Part shown: piece by piece, positions 1-9,594 of the stretch | Layout: each line of letters opens with the position of its first letter | How positions within the stretch are numbered: position 1 is the stretch's first letter | Source: an uncultured Thermococci archaeon | Lineage (GTDB): Archaea; Methanobacteriota_B; Thermococci; Thermococcales; Thermococcaceae | Reading direction: 5' to 3' | DNA: 23,421 nt | Assembly (NCBI GenBank): GCA_964615185.1 | Contig: CAZTOS010000034.1 | Span: 1-23,421 of the forward strand | The notes under the pieces: generated by a model | What the model saw: only the letters and a program-made list of their open reading frames with translations | The model's database searches: none | What the model was told of the DNA's origin: nothing | Position numbers and translations under genes: made by a program

Positions 1-54
1 AGCGCCGGACTGAAGATCCGGGTGTCGGGGGTTCAAATCCCCCTCGCCCCACCA
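1..54 (+). tRNA. tRNA-Phe(GAA), 5' end cut by window edge
   Basis: Anticodon arm CCGGA-CTGAAGA-TCCGG, T-arm GGGGG-TTCAAAT-CCCCC, ends CGCCCC-A-CCA with encoded CCA. Confidence 0.95.
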
Positions 55-61
55 CTTTTGT

Positions 62-139
62 GCGGTGGTAGTCTAGTCTGGTCCAGGACGCCGGCCTTCC
101 GAGCCGGCGACCCGGGTTCAAATCCCGGCCACCGCACCA
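62..139 (+). tRNA. tRNA-Gly(TCC)
   Basis: Acceptor stem GCGGTGG/CCACCGC + ACCA; anticodon arm GCCGGC-CTTCCGA-GCCGGC; T-loop TTCAAAT; 7 nt after tRNA-Phe, so probably co-transcribed. Confidence 0.96.
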
Positions 140-356
140 TCTTAAGTTTTCTGGAAAGTTTTATACATCAGAGTAGGAAATCTTAAAGATGACCTTTTAA
201 CACATCTGTCATCAGGTTCTGACCCGATAATAGGAGCGTCATATTCCAGCTACGAAGTAACAGAAGACATGGATAAGGCTGAAAAATGCAAAAGCCCTTT
301 TAGATAATTACCTCAAAAATAGTGAACTGCCAAGATTCAACCGAAAATGTAAAGCT

Positions 357-1688
357 TCACCAACCTTGCACTATCTTCAAAACTTTGTCATCAACTTTCC
401 CATTTTCAACATCTGCAATTGCTTGTTCCAGTCTATCCAGACCTTCATCTAAAAGCTCCTTCTCTATCGTCAAAGGTGGCTGAATTCTGAGGACATTTCC
501 ATGAAGGAATGCCAAAACCAAGCCAAGCTCATAAGCTCTCCAAACAACCTTCTTAGCTTCATCGAAAGCCCGTTCTTTTGTTTCTCTGTTTTTCACTAAA
601 TCAACGCCAATCATCAAGCCCTTTCCTCTAACATTTCCGATGAGTTCATGCTCTTCTTGCATTTTCTTAAGCCTCTTCATGGTGTACTCTCCAAGCTCTT
701 CAGCTCTTTTGAGCAAATTCTTTTCTTCAATTTCCTCAATAACCGCTAAAGCTGCTCTGCTCGTTACTGGGTTCCCGCTGAGCGTAAATGTATGTCCCAA
801 AGCTGGTAGAGACTCCATGATCTCTTCCCGTCCGATGATAGCACTTATTGGTAATCCACCACCTAAAGGCTTCGCAATCGTTATTATATCTGGCACAACT
901 CCAAAATGCTCGATTGCGAACCATTTCCCTGTCCTTCCTAACCCGCTTTGAACCTCATCAACAACTAAGAGAATTCCATGTTCATCAAGAATTTTCTTGA
1001 GTTTCTTGAAATAGTCATCCGGAGGAACTATTATTCCGGCATCGCCTTGGATAGGTTCAGCGAATAGGGCAGCAACTCCTTCTGCATAAACTTCTCTCTC
1101 AAATTTATATTCAAGGTAGGATATGCATTCAAAGTGGCATTTCCCCTTTTCTTGCCCAAATGGACATCTATAACAATCTGGAAAAGGAATGTAGTGTACG
1201 TCACTCAGTTCTCCAACTAATGCTCTAATTTCAAACTCAAGCCCAGTTATGCTCATAGCACCATATGTTGCTCCGTAATAACTCCCCAGATACCCCAAAA
1301 ATGTCCTCCTTTTTGTGTATGCCCTTGCAAACTTTATTGCCCCATCGTTTGCATCGCTTCCACTCAGGCCTAAAACTACTTTGGGATTCTCTACTGGGGA
1401 GATTTCAACAAGTTTTTCAGCAAGGAGAAGGGGCTCAACTGGAAAGCCATAAATGAATGTGAAATGTATCAGTTTATCTGCTTGCTCTTTTATAGCTTTC
1501 ACAACTCGGGCATTGTTATGCCCAACATTTTGGACCGCAGCGTCGGAGAGGAAATCTATGTATTCTCTTCCCTCAATGTCCCAGACTTTTGCATTTCTTG
1601 CCTTAACGCCAACAATTGGAGCGTAAGTAACACGAGCTGCCTTTGGGAAGACTTTTGAATATCGAAGAATTATTTCCTCCTTTTTCAT
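357..1688 (-). CDS. Class-III PLP-dependent enzyme (4-aminobutyrate aminotransferase family), probably an amino-acid racemase of the Thermococcales Leu/Met or broad-specificity type
   Basis: Motifs [42 protein letters not shown] (PLP Lys). Start moved to ATG 1688, which follows a GGTGG RBS. Family is secure; racemase activity is recalled similarity. Confidence 0.85.
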   Translation of the reverse strand: MKKEEIILRYSKVFPKAARVTYAPIVGVKARNAKVWDIEGREYIDFLSDAAVQNVGHNNARVVKAIKEQADKLIHFTFIYGFPVEPLLLAEKLVEISPVENPKVVLGLSGSDANDGAIKFARAYTKRRTFLGYLGSYYGATYGAMSITGLEFEIRALVGELSDVHYIPFPDCYRCPFGQEKGKCHFECISYLEYKFEREVYAEGVAALFAEPIQGDAGIIVPPDDYFKKLKKILDEHGILLVVDEVQSGLGRTGKWFAIEHFGVVPDIITIAKPLGGGLPISAIIGREEIMESLPALGHTFTLSGNPVTSRAALAVIEEIEEKNLLKRAEELGEYTMKRLKKMQEEHELIGNVRGKGLMIGVDLVKNRETKERAFDEAKKVVWRAYELGLVLAFLHGNVLRIQPPLTIEKELLDEGLDRLEQAIADVENGKVDDKVLKIVQGW

Positions 1689-1880
1689 AATTGCCACCAT
1701 AGCCTAAATAAGATTAACATCTAAATAGGATTTTTGGAAGCAGAATTGAACAAATGTCAAACCTTTAACTCCATACGGACATCTTCATCCAACAACAAGA
1801 AAAGTGCCAATGCTAACAGTATGGCAAGTATCATTATATGCTCATCAAAAGAAAGAAAAGAACTAAGACTGGCTTTGGCT

Positions 1881-3074
1881 TCATTCTTCAAATTCCTCTA
1901 CTGGCATCTTCATCCTTGAGACTGCAATCAAGGTTAAGATACCGAGCAGAGGCATGAATGCCAGCTCACCAAAGGCTAATCCAACACTTTGCTTTGCCAG
2001 TAGCTCTGTAATAGATGGGGCTATTATGTTTGCTGTGTTCGAAATAAGCCCCAATGCAAATGAAGCTCTTGGATAGATGCTTTTTGGATAGGTTGCCGGT
2101 GCTGATGTCCAGAATGCTGGACCTGTTCCCTGAATTGTTCCGACAAGCCAAACCGCTGCCAAAGCGAGAGTATAGTTTCCTCCAAGCATTGCCTTTGCAT
2201 AGATAATCAATCCCACGAAGGATAATGCATAAGATATTATCATAACTTGAACAATGGCCTTAAAGAGCCCTCTTGAAGTTGGGTTCTTTCTTGAAAGCAG
2301 ATATCCTACGTATCCAAAGACAATCGACCATATTGCCTTTGCAATGTTTAGGTTTGTGCTGAGCGTTGCTACATGGGTCTTTGTCCATCCCATGTCGTAG
2401 GCGATTGAGGCTGAGAATCCAACGATTGTGAAAATTACCCATAGAGCTGGGAAGAACGTGAATCCCAAAACCCAAGTGAACTTAAGCTTCCAGACGTTTA
2501 TCTTTGCTTCTCCTTTTTCATGAATTATCTCAAAGTCCTCTGTAAAGAGCCACCATATCAGCAGAACTGCATACATTATGGGAGCTGTAACTAAAAAGCC
2601 TCCCTTCCATCCAAATGCATGGATTAAATATTTGGCGCTCATTGAGCCAAAAACTCCACCCCAGAAGATTCCAGAGAGGATTATACCCTTTGCGAAAGGT
2701 CTTTCGGCAACAAAGTATCTCGCTATTTGAGTGCTGAAAAGCGGAACAAGTGTAACCACAAAACCTTGGATGAATCTCAAGAAAACCACAACATACCAAT
2801 TTGGAGCATATGGGATTAACAGTTGCGGAATTGCAGCCCAGCTTAGAGCTATTGCAACACTCCTCTTAAAGCTTCCTTCATAAATCTTTGTGTGTCCTAA
2901 GAGGAATGCAACAAAAAGACCAAAGACATAAGCTATGTGCTGTAAATCAAAGGCATCACTGCTAATTCCAAAATGGGCAATTACATCTGGCTTAGCGACA
3001 CTCATCATGGTGAGCGTTCCAAATCCAGCAGTCATGACAATTGTGTTAAGGATTACAGACCTCCAGCGCTTCAT
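1881..3074 (-). CDS. MFS transporter
   Basis: 397 aa with about 12 hydrophobic segments, LRFIQG motif, ERPFAKG loop and two-repeat layout; GGGGTGGG RBS. Confidence 0.88.
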   Translation of the reverse strand: MKRWRSVILNTIVMTAGFGTLTMMSVAKPDVIAHFGISSDAFDLQHIAYVFGLFVAFLLGHTKIYEGSFKRSVAIALSWAAIPQLLIPYAPNWYVVVFLRFIQGFVVTLVPLFSTQIARYFVAERPFAKGIILSGIFWGGVFGSMSAKYLIHAFGWKGGFLVTAPIMYAVLLIWWLFTEDFEIIHEKGEAKINVWKLKFTWVLGFTFFPALWVIFTIVGFSASIAYDMGWTKTHVATLSTNLNIAKAIWSIVFGYVGYLLSRKNPTSRGLFKAIVQVMIISYALSFVGLIIYAKAMLGGNYTLALAAVWLVGTIQGTGPAFWTSAPATYPKSIYPRASFALGLISNTANIIAPSITELLAKQSVGLAFGELAFMPLLGILTLIAVSRMKMPVEEFEE

Positions 3075-3086
3075 TTTCCCACCCCG

Positions 3087-3350
3087 TCAGATTTTTCCAA
3101 AGAACATCAGCAAGCCAAATATAATAAACAGTATTCCAGCTCCCTTATGAATCAACTCCACAGGTAGAGTTTCTCCAATCTTGTCCCCAATAAGAGCTCC
3201 TATCAAATTCACCAAAGCAAGACCCAAGATAGCTCCAACGAAAGCCTTAACCCATCCGTATTTCGATGCAAATGCAATCGTAGCTAACTGGGTTTTATCC
3301 CCAAGTTCAGCAAGGAATATTGCAACGAAGACATAAATTATTTCCTTCAT
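3087..3350 (-). CDS. Half-size GDT1/TMEM165 (UPF0016) family membrane protein, putative Mn2+/Ca2+ transporter
   Basis: One ELGDKTQL signature and 3 TM segments; start moved to ATG 3350 after a GAGGAGG RBS. Confidence 0.88.
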   Translation of the reverse strand: MKEIIYVFVAIFLAELGDKTQLATIAFASKYGWVKAFVGAILGLALVNLIGALIGDKIGETLPVELIHKGAGILFIIFGLLMFFGKI

Positions 3351-3395
3351 CAGATTTTCCTCCTCAAGACAGTAGGAGTACAAAAAGTAAAAAAA

Positions 3396-4577
3396 TTAAA
3401 TTTCCTCTAAGACTTTCTTCATCCTTTCCATGGCCTCAATGAGCTTTTCTTTCTTCGTTGCATAGCTTATCCTTACATATCCCTCTCCATTCTTTCCAAA
3501 TGCTGTTCCAGGAACCACAACGACTTTGGCTTTCTCTAAGAGCCATTCGCTAAATTCCTCACTTGTCATTCCCGTTTCTTTTATGTTAGCAAAGATGTAA
3601 AACGCACCCTTAGGCTCAAATGCAGAAATATAGGGCATCTCTTTAATTGCATCAAGAACTATCTTTCTTCTCTCGGCGTATTCTTGTCTCATCTTCTCGA
3701 CAGCTTCCCAGCTCTTTGGACTTCTTAAAGCTTCAATTCCCGCAACCTGAACGAAGGATGCAACGTTTCCAATAACATAAGCGTGGAGCTTTATCATGTC
3801 CTTGATAATCTCTTTTGGTGCAATTGCAAAGCCCAGACGCCAGCCAGTCATAGCGAATGTCTTAGAGAAACTGTTTGCTAAAATCGTGTTGTCTGGAGCA
3901 TATTTAAGCATTGGATAGTGCTTTGCATCCTCATAGAGAAAATGCTCATAAGGTTCATCGCTGAGGATATAGAGATTGTAATCTTCAGCAATATCTACAA
4001 TAGCTTTTACAGTTTCTTCATCTATTGTAGCCCCAGTTGGATTGTTGGGGTAGTTGATCACAATCATCCTTGTCCTCTTTGTTATAAGTTCTAAAAGCTC
4101 ATCTGGATCTGGTTGAAAGCCGTTTTCCTCTCTTAATGGAAGCCTTACTATTCCCGCCTCAGCGAGTTTGGCATCTTCGGCATAACAGACAAACGCAGGA
4201 TCTGGTATTATAACTTCATCTCCCCTCTCCAAGAGAGTTTCAAATGCTAGGTGAGTTGCTTCATAGGCACCAGCGGTCACTATGATACTGTCAGTTGAAA
4301 CATCTAAATTGTACATTTCTTTGTAATATTCACTTATAGCCTGTCTAAGCTCAGGGATTCCAGCATTTGGAGTATAGTGAGTCCATCCCTCATCCAATGC
4401 TCTTTTTGCAGCTTCTTTTATGTTCTGAGGCGTATCAAAATCGGGTTCACCAATTCCAAGGGAAATGACATTTTCCATTTTTCTTGCTTTTTCAAAAAGT
4501 TCTCTGATCTTTGAGCGTTGAATTAGGTTGATACGTTCCGCTATAAAATATCTGTGTCTTTTATAACGCATAATCAT
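3396..4577 (-). CDS. Class I/II PLP-dependent aminotransferase (aspartate/aromatic type)
   Basis: ISLGIGEPDF, NYPNNPTG, SDEPY, NSFSKTFAMTGWRLG. Confidence 0.93.
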   Translation of the reverse strand: MIMRYKRHRYFIAERINLIQRSKIRELFEKARKMENVISLGIGEPDFDTPQNIKEAAKRALDEGWTHYTPNAGIPELRQAISEYYKEMYNLDVSTDSIIVTAGAYEATHLAFETLLERGDEVIIPDPAFVCYAEDAKLAEAGIVRLPLREENGFQPDPDELLELITKRTRMIVINYPNNPTGATIDEETVKAIVDIAEDYNLYILSDEPYEHFLYEDAKHYPMLKYAPDNTILANSFSKTFAMTGWRLGFAIAPKEIIKDMIKLHAYVIGNVASFVQVAGIEALRSPKSWEAVEKMRQEYAERRKIVLDAIKEMPYISAFEPKGAFYIFANIKETGMTSEEFSEWLLEKAKVVVVPGTAFGKNGEGYVRISYATKKEKLIEAMERMKKVLEEI

Positions 4578-4727
4578 CCCCCCCGTAGCATTTAGAGGGT
4601 GAATTAATCTTCTTATAAACTTATCGAGGAGAAATTTCTATCTTTTTAGAAAACAATAAAATAAAATTCTAATGGGGCTATAACTTCACGACAAATTTTA
4701 GAAACAAAGGGAGGCATATAGAAAAAC

Positions 4728-5150
4728 TTAAAGAACATCAACTATTGCAGCCTCTTCAAAGAGCATCTTTACTTCTTCTCTATTGCAGTCCGAAAAAGGC
4801 ACTTCCTTTAATGAATTTTTCTTAAGAAACTCTTGAAGAACTCTACCAGCATCCCTCCCAAATACAACCAGGAAATTTTCTCCTTTCTTGGCACCAACTT
4901 TAGTTATCGCCTCTCCAATTTGCAGAGTCCCCGCAAGTCTAAGCAGGATTTCACCTTTCACAGTTTTTGCTTTATTTGTTCCGCATTTAAATGACTTTAA
5001 TGAAAGGATAGTAGCGAATACAACCTGCTCCCAGCATTCTACACTCGTTACTTGCATGTATTCAGAAAGTTCTCTAAAAATCCATGAAATGTCATCAAGC
5101 ATAACCCTGCTAATTGCAATCTCATAATCCTCCCACTTTATCACTTTCAA
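4728..5150 (-). CDS. cgi121: KEOPS complex subunit Cgi121
   Basis: N-x-AKTVKGEILLRLAGTLQIGEAITKVGAK motif typical of Cgi121. Start is TTG 5150 or GTG 5156 after a GGAGGTG RBS. Confidence 0.85.
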   Translation of the reverse strand: MKVIKWEDYEIAISRVMLDDISWIFRELSEYMQVTSVECWEQVVFATILSLKSFKCGTNKAKTVKGEILLRLAGTLQIGEAITKVGAKKGENFLVVFGRDAGRVLQEFLKKNSLKEVPFSDCNREEVKMLFEEAAIVDVL

Positions 5151-5300
5151 TATCACACCTCCAATTTTCCACTGTAAATACAAGATATTAAACTCTTTCC
5201 CCTTACCCAAAAATGTACCAATAAGAAAAAATCTTTAGATATCTAAAATTTTTCTAAAAATTTTTTGAAATTCATATTATTATAATATTAAAATTGCAGC

Positions 5301-5314
5301 AAAAAGTATTTAAC
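5301..5314 (+). promoter_or_regulatory. BRE-TATA promoter candidate for the RHH-ftsZ2 operon
   Basis: AAAAAG-TATTTAAC about 50 nt upstream of ATG 5367; GGGAGG RBS downstream. Confidence 0.5.
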
Positions 5315-5366
5315 TAATTAAAGCAAATGAAAAAATTAGCAGCTTTGTGTACTGGGAGGCTCAGCG

Positions 5367-5558
5367 ATGACGAAAATGAAAATAATTAGTGTACAAATAC
5401 CACAGGGTCTTCTAAATGCCATTGATACCCTCGTAAAGAGGGGAGTTTATCCCAATAGAAGTGAAGTCATAAGAGAAGCTATTAGAGAATTGGTGAAAAG
5501 AGAGCTTTACAAACTCGAGACAGAAGAAAGGTCAACTCCTGAATATATACTCGAATAA
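5367..5558 (+). CDS. cdrS: Ribbon-helix-helix regulator, CdrS-like
   Basis: MKIISVQIP...IDTLVKRGVYPNRSEVIREAIR is an RHH pattern. It sits directly upstream of ftsZ2, as haloarchaeal cdrS does. Confidence 0.8.
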   Translation: MTKMKIISVQIPQGLLNAIDTLVKRGVYPNRSEVIREAIRELVKRELYKLETEERSTPEYILE

Positions 5559-5612
5559 GCAAAAGATTGTGTTAATAATTATTTTGACAATTAAGCCCGG
5601 GGGTTAAAGACG

Positions 5613-6845
5613 ATGGTATGGAAACTCTTAGAGCAGGCTGGTATTAACTTGGACTTTAATGAAAATTCCAGAGAAAAATTTGGAGAGTACGGGGAGAATC
5701 TGGAAGGGGTGATAAATATTGCAATTATTGGAGTCGGTGGTTCTGGAAATAATACAATAACAAGGCTTTATGAACTAGGCGTTCAAGGTGCAGTGCTGAT
5801 TGCGATGAATACTGATGCCCAACACTTAGCGAGAACTAAGGCTCACAAAAAAATTCTACTTGGAAAAAACATAACTCACGGAAAAGGTTCTGGAGGAGAT
5901 CCCAGAATCGGATATCTTGCAGCAGAAGCAAGCACTCAAGAGATAGCAGAGGTCGTTAAAGATGTGGACCTAGCCTTCATAACAGCAGGAATGGGCAACG
6001 GTACAGGAACGGGTGCGGCACCAGTCGTTGCTAGGGTAATCAAAGAGGTTGCAAGGAATAATGGGAGGTATCAAGAGCCGCTTGTTGTAAGCGTTGTAAC
6101 ATATCCGTTTTCAACTGAAGGCACAAAGAGAATTGAGAAAGCAAAAGCTGGAATACAAGCCCTACTTCAGTACTCAGACACTGTTGTGATAATTGAAAAT
6201 GATAAGCTTCTTGAGCTTGTTCCAAATTTACCACTTTCTGCCGCCTTCCGGTTTGCAGATGAAATTATAGCAAGAATGGTTAAGGGAATAACCGAAACAA
6301 TAAAGCTCCCATCCATAGTTAACATTGATTTTGCTGACGTTTACAGTGTTATGAAAAACGGTGGTGCGGCTTTAATTGGTATTGGCGAAAGCGATTCAAA
6401 GAATAGAGCTGTTGATGCCGTGATAAACGCTCTCAACAACAAGATGCTTGAGGTTGAGTTTGGAAGCGGCGAAGCTGCCCTAATACACTTTACTGTAGGA
6501 CCTGATGTAAAACTCGGCGAAGTGCATGAAGCAATGAAGATAATCTATGAAAAACTGGGTACAAAGTCAGAAATAAAATGGGGTGCCATGATTGATCAAG
6601 ATCTTGGCAAAACAGTTAGAGCAATGGTAATAATGACGGGAGTTAGATCACCACATATTTTAAGCGGTGAGGTGAATGCACTTCAAGATAACAGCAGAAT
6701 ACTCATCCCAACAGATACCTTCCAAATGATAACAAAGGACACTAGACTGGAAAGCCTATTCGAAAGAACAATGGAAAGTGGAAAGACTAAGCCACCCATA
6801 AACAGGAATGTAGAAAGAATCTTTAGAGACGTTTACCAGCTCTAA
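5613..6845 (+). CDS. ftsZ: Cell division protein FtsZ (FtsZ2 type)
   Basis: [15 protein letters not shown], tubulin signature [11 protein letters not shown]7 loop NIDFADV. Confidence 0.96.
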   Translation: MVWKLLEQAGINLDFNENSREKFGEYGENLEGVINIAIIGVGGSGNNTITRLYELGVQGAVLIAMNTDAQHLARTKAHKKILLGKNITHGKGSGGDPRIGYLAAEASTQEIAEVVKDVDLAFITAGMGNGTGTGAAPVVARVIKEVARNNGRYQEPLVVSVVTYPFSTEGTKRIEKAKAGIQALLQYSDTVVIIENDKLLELVPNLPLSAAFRFADEIIARMVKGITETIKLPSIVNIDFADVYSVMKNGGAALIGIGESDSKNRAVDAVINALNNKMLEVEFGSGEAALIHFTVGPDVKLGEVHEAMKIIYEKLGTKSEIKWGAMIDQDLGKTVRAMVIMTGVRSPHILSGEVNALQDNSRILIPTDTFQMITKDTRLESLFERTMESGKTKPPINRNVERIFRDVYQL

Positions 6846-6893
6846 GGTTCTTTTTCTTTCGCTCTTTTACTATTGAGTTGCCAAGGTGATAGC

Positions 6894-7661
6894 ATGGCAA
6901 GGGTAATCAGTATAGCCAATCAAAAAGGGGGAGTAGGAAAGACCACAATAACCATGAACCTTGGCTTTGCCCTTGCAAACATGGGTAAAAAAGTTCTCTT
7001 AGTTGACATAGACCCTCAGTTTAACCTGACTTTTGGCTTAATAGGAATGGATGTCTTGAAATATGAAGATAACAATGTTGGAACGCTAATGACAAGAGAA
7101 AGCAGCGTTGAGGAGTCTATAGTTAAAATAAAAGAAAACTTACATCTGATTCCTTCTCATTTGAATCTCTCAGCTAAAGAGATTGAAATAATCAATGCGT
7201 ACAATCGTGAAAGACGGTTGGAAAAAGCACTAAAATCAGTTCTCCCAGATTATGATTATGTTTTAATTGATAATCCACCAAGTATGGGGATATTCCTCGT
7301 AAATTCACTTACAACTTCAGACTATGTTTTAATCCCTCTTGAATTGAGCTATTTTGGAGTAATTGGAATGCAACTCATGTTTAACCTTATGAAAATGATT
7401 AAGGAAGAAACCAACGAAAATCTAATGCTCCTCGGATTGATACCCAACAAGTTTACAAAACAGACAAAAGTCCCAGCTACACGGCTGAAAGAACTAAAGA
7501 AGACGTATCCAAACGCACCTCTTCTGACGACTATACCAAAATCCGTTGCTCTTGAAAAAGCCCAATCCCAAGGAGTTAGTATATTTGAATTTGAAAGTGA
7601 TGGGAGAGCTGCAAAGGCATTTTTAAAGCTTGCAAAAGAGGTGGTAACTCTTGTCGAATAA
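6894..7661 (+). CDS. ParA/Soj family ATPase
   Basis: NQKGGVGKTT deviant Walker A, DIDPQFNLT, DYVLIDNPP; start ATG 6894 after an AGGTGA RBS. Confidence 0.92.
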   Translation: MARVISIANQKGGVGKTTITMNLGFALANMGKKVLLVDIDPQFNLTFGLIGMDVLKYEDNNVGTLMTRESSVEESIVKIKENLHLIPSHLNLSAKEIEIINAYNRERRLEKALKSVLPDYDYVLIDNPPSMGIFLVNSLTTSDYVLIPLELSYFGVIGMQLMFNLMKMIKEETNENLMLLGLIPNKFTKQTKVPATRLKELKKTYPNAPLLTTIPKSVALEKAQSQGVSIFEFESDGRAAKAFLKLAKEVVTLVE

Positions 7662-7980
7662 AATTCCCCAGCTGTTTTCAGGCTCAATTGACGAGCTTAC
7701 AAAACCGAAAGCAAAGAAAACAGACAAAAAGAGAGAGAATCTGAAGAAGATTAAGAAGCAAAAAACGCTCTATATCAGCTTAGATACGAACCTAAAGCTA
7801 ATTGAGCTCTATGCAGAAGAGGGTAGAAGACAAAGCAACATTGTAGAGGATGCTGTAAATCTGTATTATTATCTCAAAAAGGCCATAGGAGAAAAGAACT
7901 TCGATGAGCTTATGAGTGCGGCGCTTAAAGAAGATCCAGAATTTTTAAGGAGTTATCTGGAAAAAGCCAAGATTATCTAA
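7651..7980 (+). CDS. Small putative RHH DNA-binding protein (ParA partner)
   Basis: Overlaps parA stop; GAGGTG RBS and TTG start. A basic flexible N-terminus is followed by KTLYISLDTNLKLIELYAEEGRRQSNIVEDAV (beta-helix-helix pattern). Confidence 0.7.
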   Translation: MSNKIPQLFSGSIDELTKPKAKKTDKKRENLKKIKKQKTLYISLDTNLKLIELYAEEGRRQSNIVEDAVNLYYYLKKAIGEKNFDELMSAALKEDPEFLRSYLEKAKII

Positions 7981-8013
7981 TCATTGCTCAACTGATTAAA
8001 TCAAGGGATAAAA

Positions 8014-8463
8014 TCATTCACAGAATATCTCCACTATTCTTTTTATTATTCTGCTTGTCTTTGCAATATCACTCTTATAAAGGTAAGGAATCCTTATAAC
8101 TTCAGCATTGATACCATGCTGTCTTAGTTGTCTTTTAAGCTCCTCACATTTGAAATCTTGATCAGGCCCTAATGCTATAACATCCGGGTTTATTTTCTTT
8201 ACAAGCTCAAAACTTATTCCATTTGGCTCTCCAATATAAACCTCGTCAACCATTTTCAGAGCTTTTAAAAGTTCAGCCCTTTCGTGCATCGAGTTTATTG
8301 GGGGTCTCCCTTTCCTTCTAACAACAGTTTCATCATGGGCCACTATCACAATGAGCTCATCCCCAAGCTGTTTTGCTTGGCTCAAAAAATGAATATGTCC
8401 AACGTGAAGGATATCAAAAACCCCACCCACAAGGACTCTTATTTTTTCCCTCTTCTCACTCAT
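8014..8463 (-). CDS. ribL: Cytidylyltransferase-family protein, probable archaeal FAD synthase
   Basis: [15 protein letters not shown] (HxGH), IVAHD, KGRPPIN, ALGPDQ. Confidence 0.8.
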   Translation of the reverse strand: MSEKREKIRVLVGGVFDILHVGHIHFLSQAKQLGDELIVIVAHDETVVRRKGRPPINSMHERAELLKALKMVDEVYIGEPNGISFELVKKINPDVIALGPDQDFKCEELKRQLRQHGINAEVIRIPYLYKSDIAKTSRIIKRIVEIFCE

Positions 8464-8978
8464 GATCTCACCGTCAGATCCCAGATCTTATCCTTTGCAT
8501 GATGAATTACTTTCACAGCTTTTCCCCTGTTCTTCTCTTTCATTTCTTTACCGCTCATCAATGCAATGCCAATTGCAAGAGGTCTCCCATAATTTTCTTC
8601 AACAACAAAGACAAAATCGCCTTCTTCTATCTCTTCATCGGCATCAACTATTCCAGGAGCCATTACATCGGCGCCTTTTAAGATGAATGGGACAGCACCT
8701 TCGTCAACTACAACTCTCCGCCTCCACTTTCTCAGGTCTTCCTCGTTAGACAGCTCATATAAAGCAATTACCAGAGGAAAAATCAGACCATTTCGTTTTA
8801 TGAACATTGGCTTCCCATTGACAAACAAAATCTGGGTTGTTTTATCAAATTCTGCAATTTGAACATCATCTTTCTTATTTATCAGCTTTTTAGCTACTTC
8901 TTCTCCAAAAATTGCACTCATCTCTCGGATTATTCCCTTGATCTCCTTCTTGCTTAAAGGATGCTTAATCTTCAGCAT
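8460..8978 (-). CDS. PUA-domain RNA-binding protein (MCT-1/Tma20-like)
   Basis: [22 protein letters not shown]...[12 protein letters not shown]. Confidence 0.88.
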   Translation of the reverse strand: MLKIKHPLSKKEIKGIIREMSAIFGEEVAKKLINKKDDVQIAEFDKTTQILFVNGKPMFIKRNGLIFPLVIALYELSNEEDLRKWRRRVVVDEGAVPFILKGADVMAPGIVDADEEIEEGDFVFVVEENYGRPLAIGIALMSGKEMKEKNRGKAVKVIHHAKDKIWDLTVRS

Positions 8979-9594
8979 TCAGCTCACCCCAAAGGCTTTT
9001 AACAGCTTCTCTCGGATTATCAGCATTATAAATTGCCCTTCCCACGATTATGTAGTCAGCACCAGCTTTTAAAGCTTCTTTAGCCCTTCCCCCCTGAGCA
9101 CCTATTCCTGGGGTTAGGATTTTTATACCCCTATCAAGCTTTTCTCTGATGTATCTTATCCTCTCAGGCCTCGTTCCGGGAGCGATAACTCCAAAGGGTT
9201 TAAGCTCATTTGCCATTCCTATAAGCCTATCCGTAATTGGCTGTATGAACTCTTCAGCTCCAGGATGACTCATCTCTACAACGATAATTGTATCGCCTTC
9301 TTCCATAACTGCCCTGACACTATCTCTTCCAACAAAGCCATGAACAATTATATAATCTGCACCCTCATCAAAAACTTTCTTTGCTATGAGCTTGTTTGTG
9401 TTTGGGATATCAGCAACTTTTAAGTCAGCTATAATTGGTAAGTCAGTTCTCTCTTTTAGTTCTTGGATTATTCCAACCCCGCTTCCAAGAATGAGCGGCC
9501 AGTTAATCTTTATCGCCCAAAGATAATCCTTAGTTTCCTCCGCTATTTTCAATGCTTTGGCCCTTTCATAAACATCCAATGCCAAGATAATCAT
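8965..9594 (-). CDS. pyrF: Orotidine 5'-phosphate decarboxylase
   Basis: ILALD, DLKVADIPNT (DxKxxD), TPGIGAQGG, IVGRAIY. Confidence 0.96.
   Translation of the reverse strand: MIILALDVYERAKALKIAEETKDYLWAIKINWPLILGSGVGIIQELKERTDLPIIADLKVADIPNTNKLIAKKVFDEGADYIIVHGFVGRDSVRAVMEEGDTIIVVEMSHPGAEEFIQPITDRLIGMANELKPFGVIAPGTRPERIRYIREKLDRGIKILTPGIGAQGGRAKEALKAGADYIIVGRAIYNADNPREAVKSLWGELNAED

Noticed and set aside
95..139. tRNA 3' end as an integration (att) site
   Set aside because: No duplicate of either tRNA 3' end and no integrase seen in the window; downstream genes are metabolic.
1734..1919. 61-aa plus-strand ORF
   Set aside because: TTG start, Ser-rich, overlaps the MFS 3' end antisense; probably spurious.
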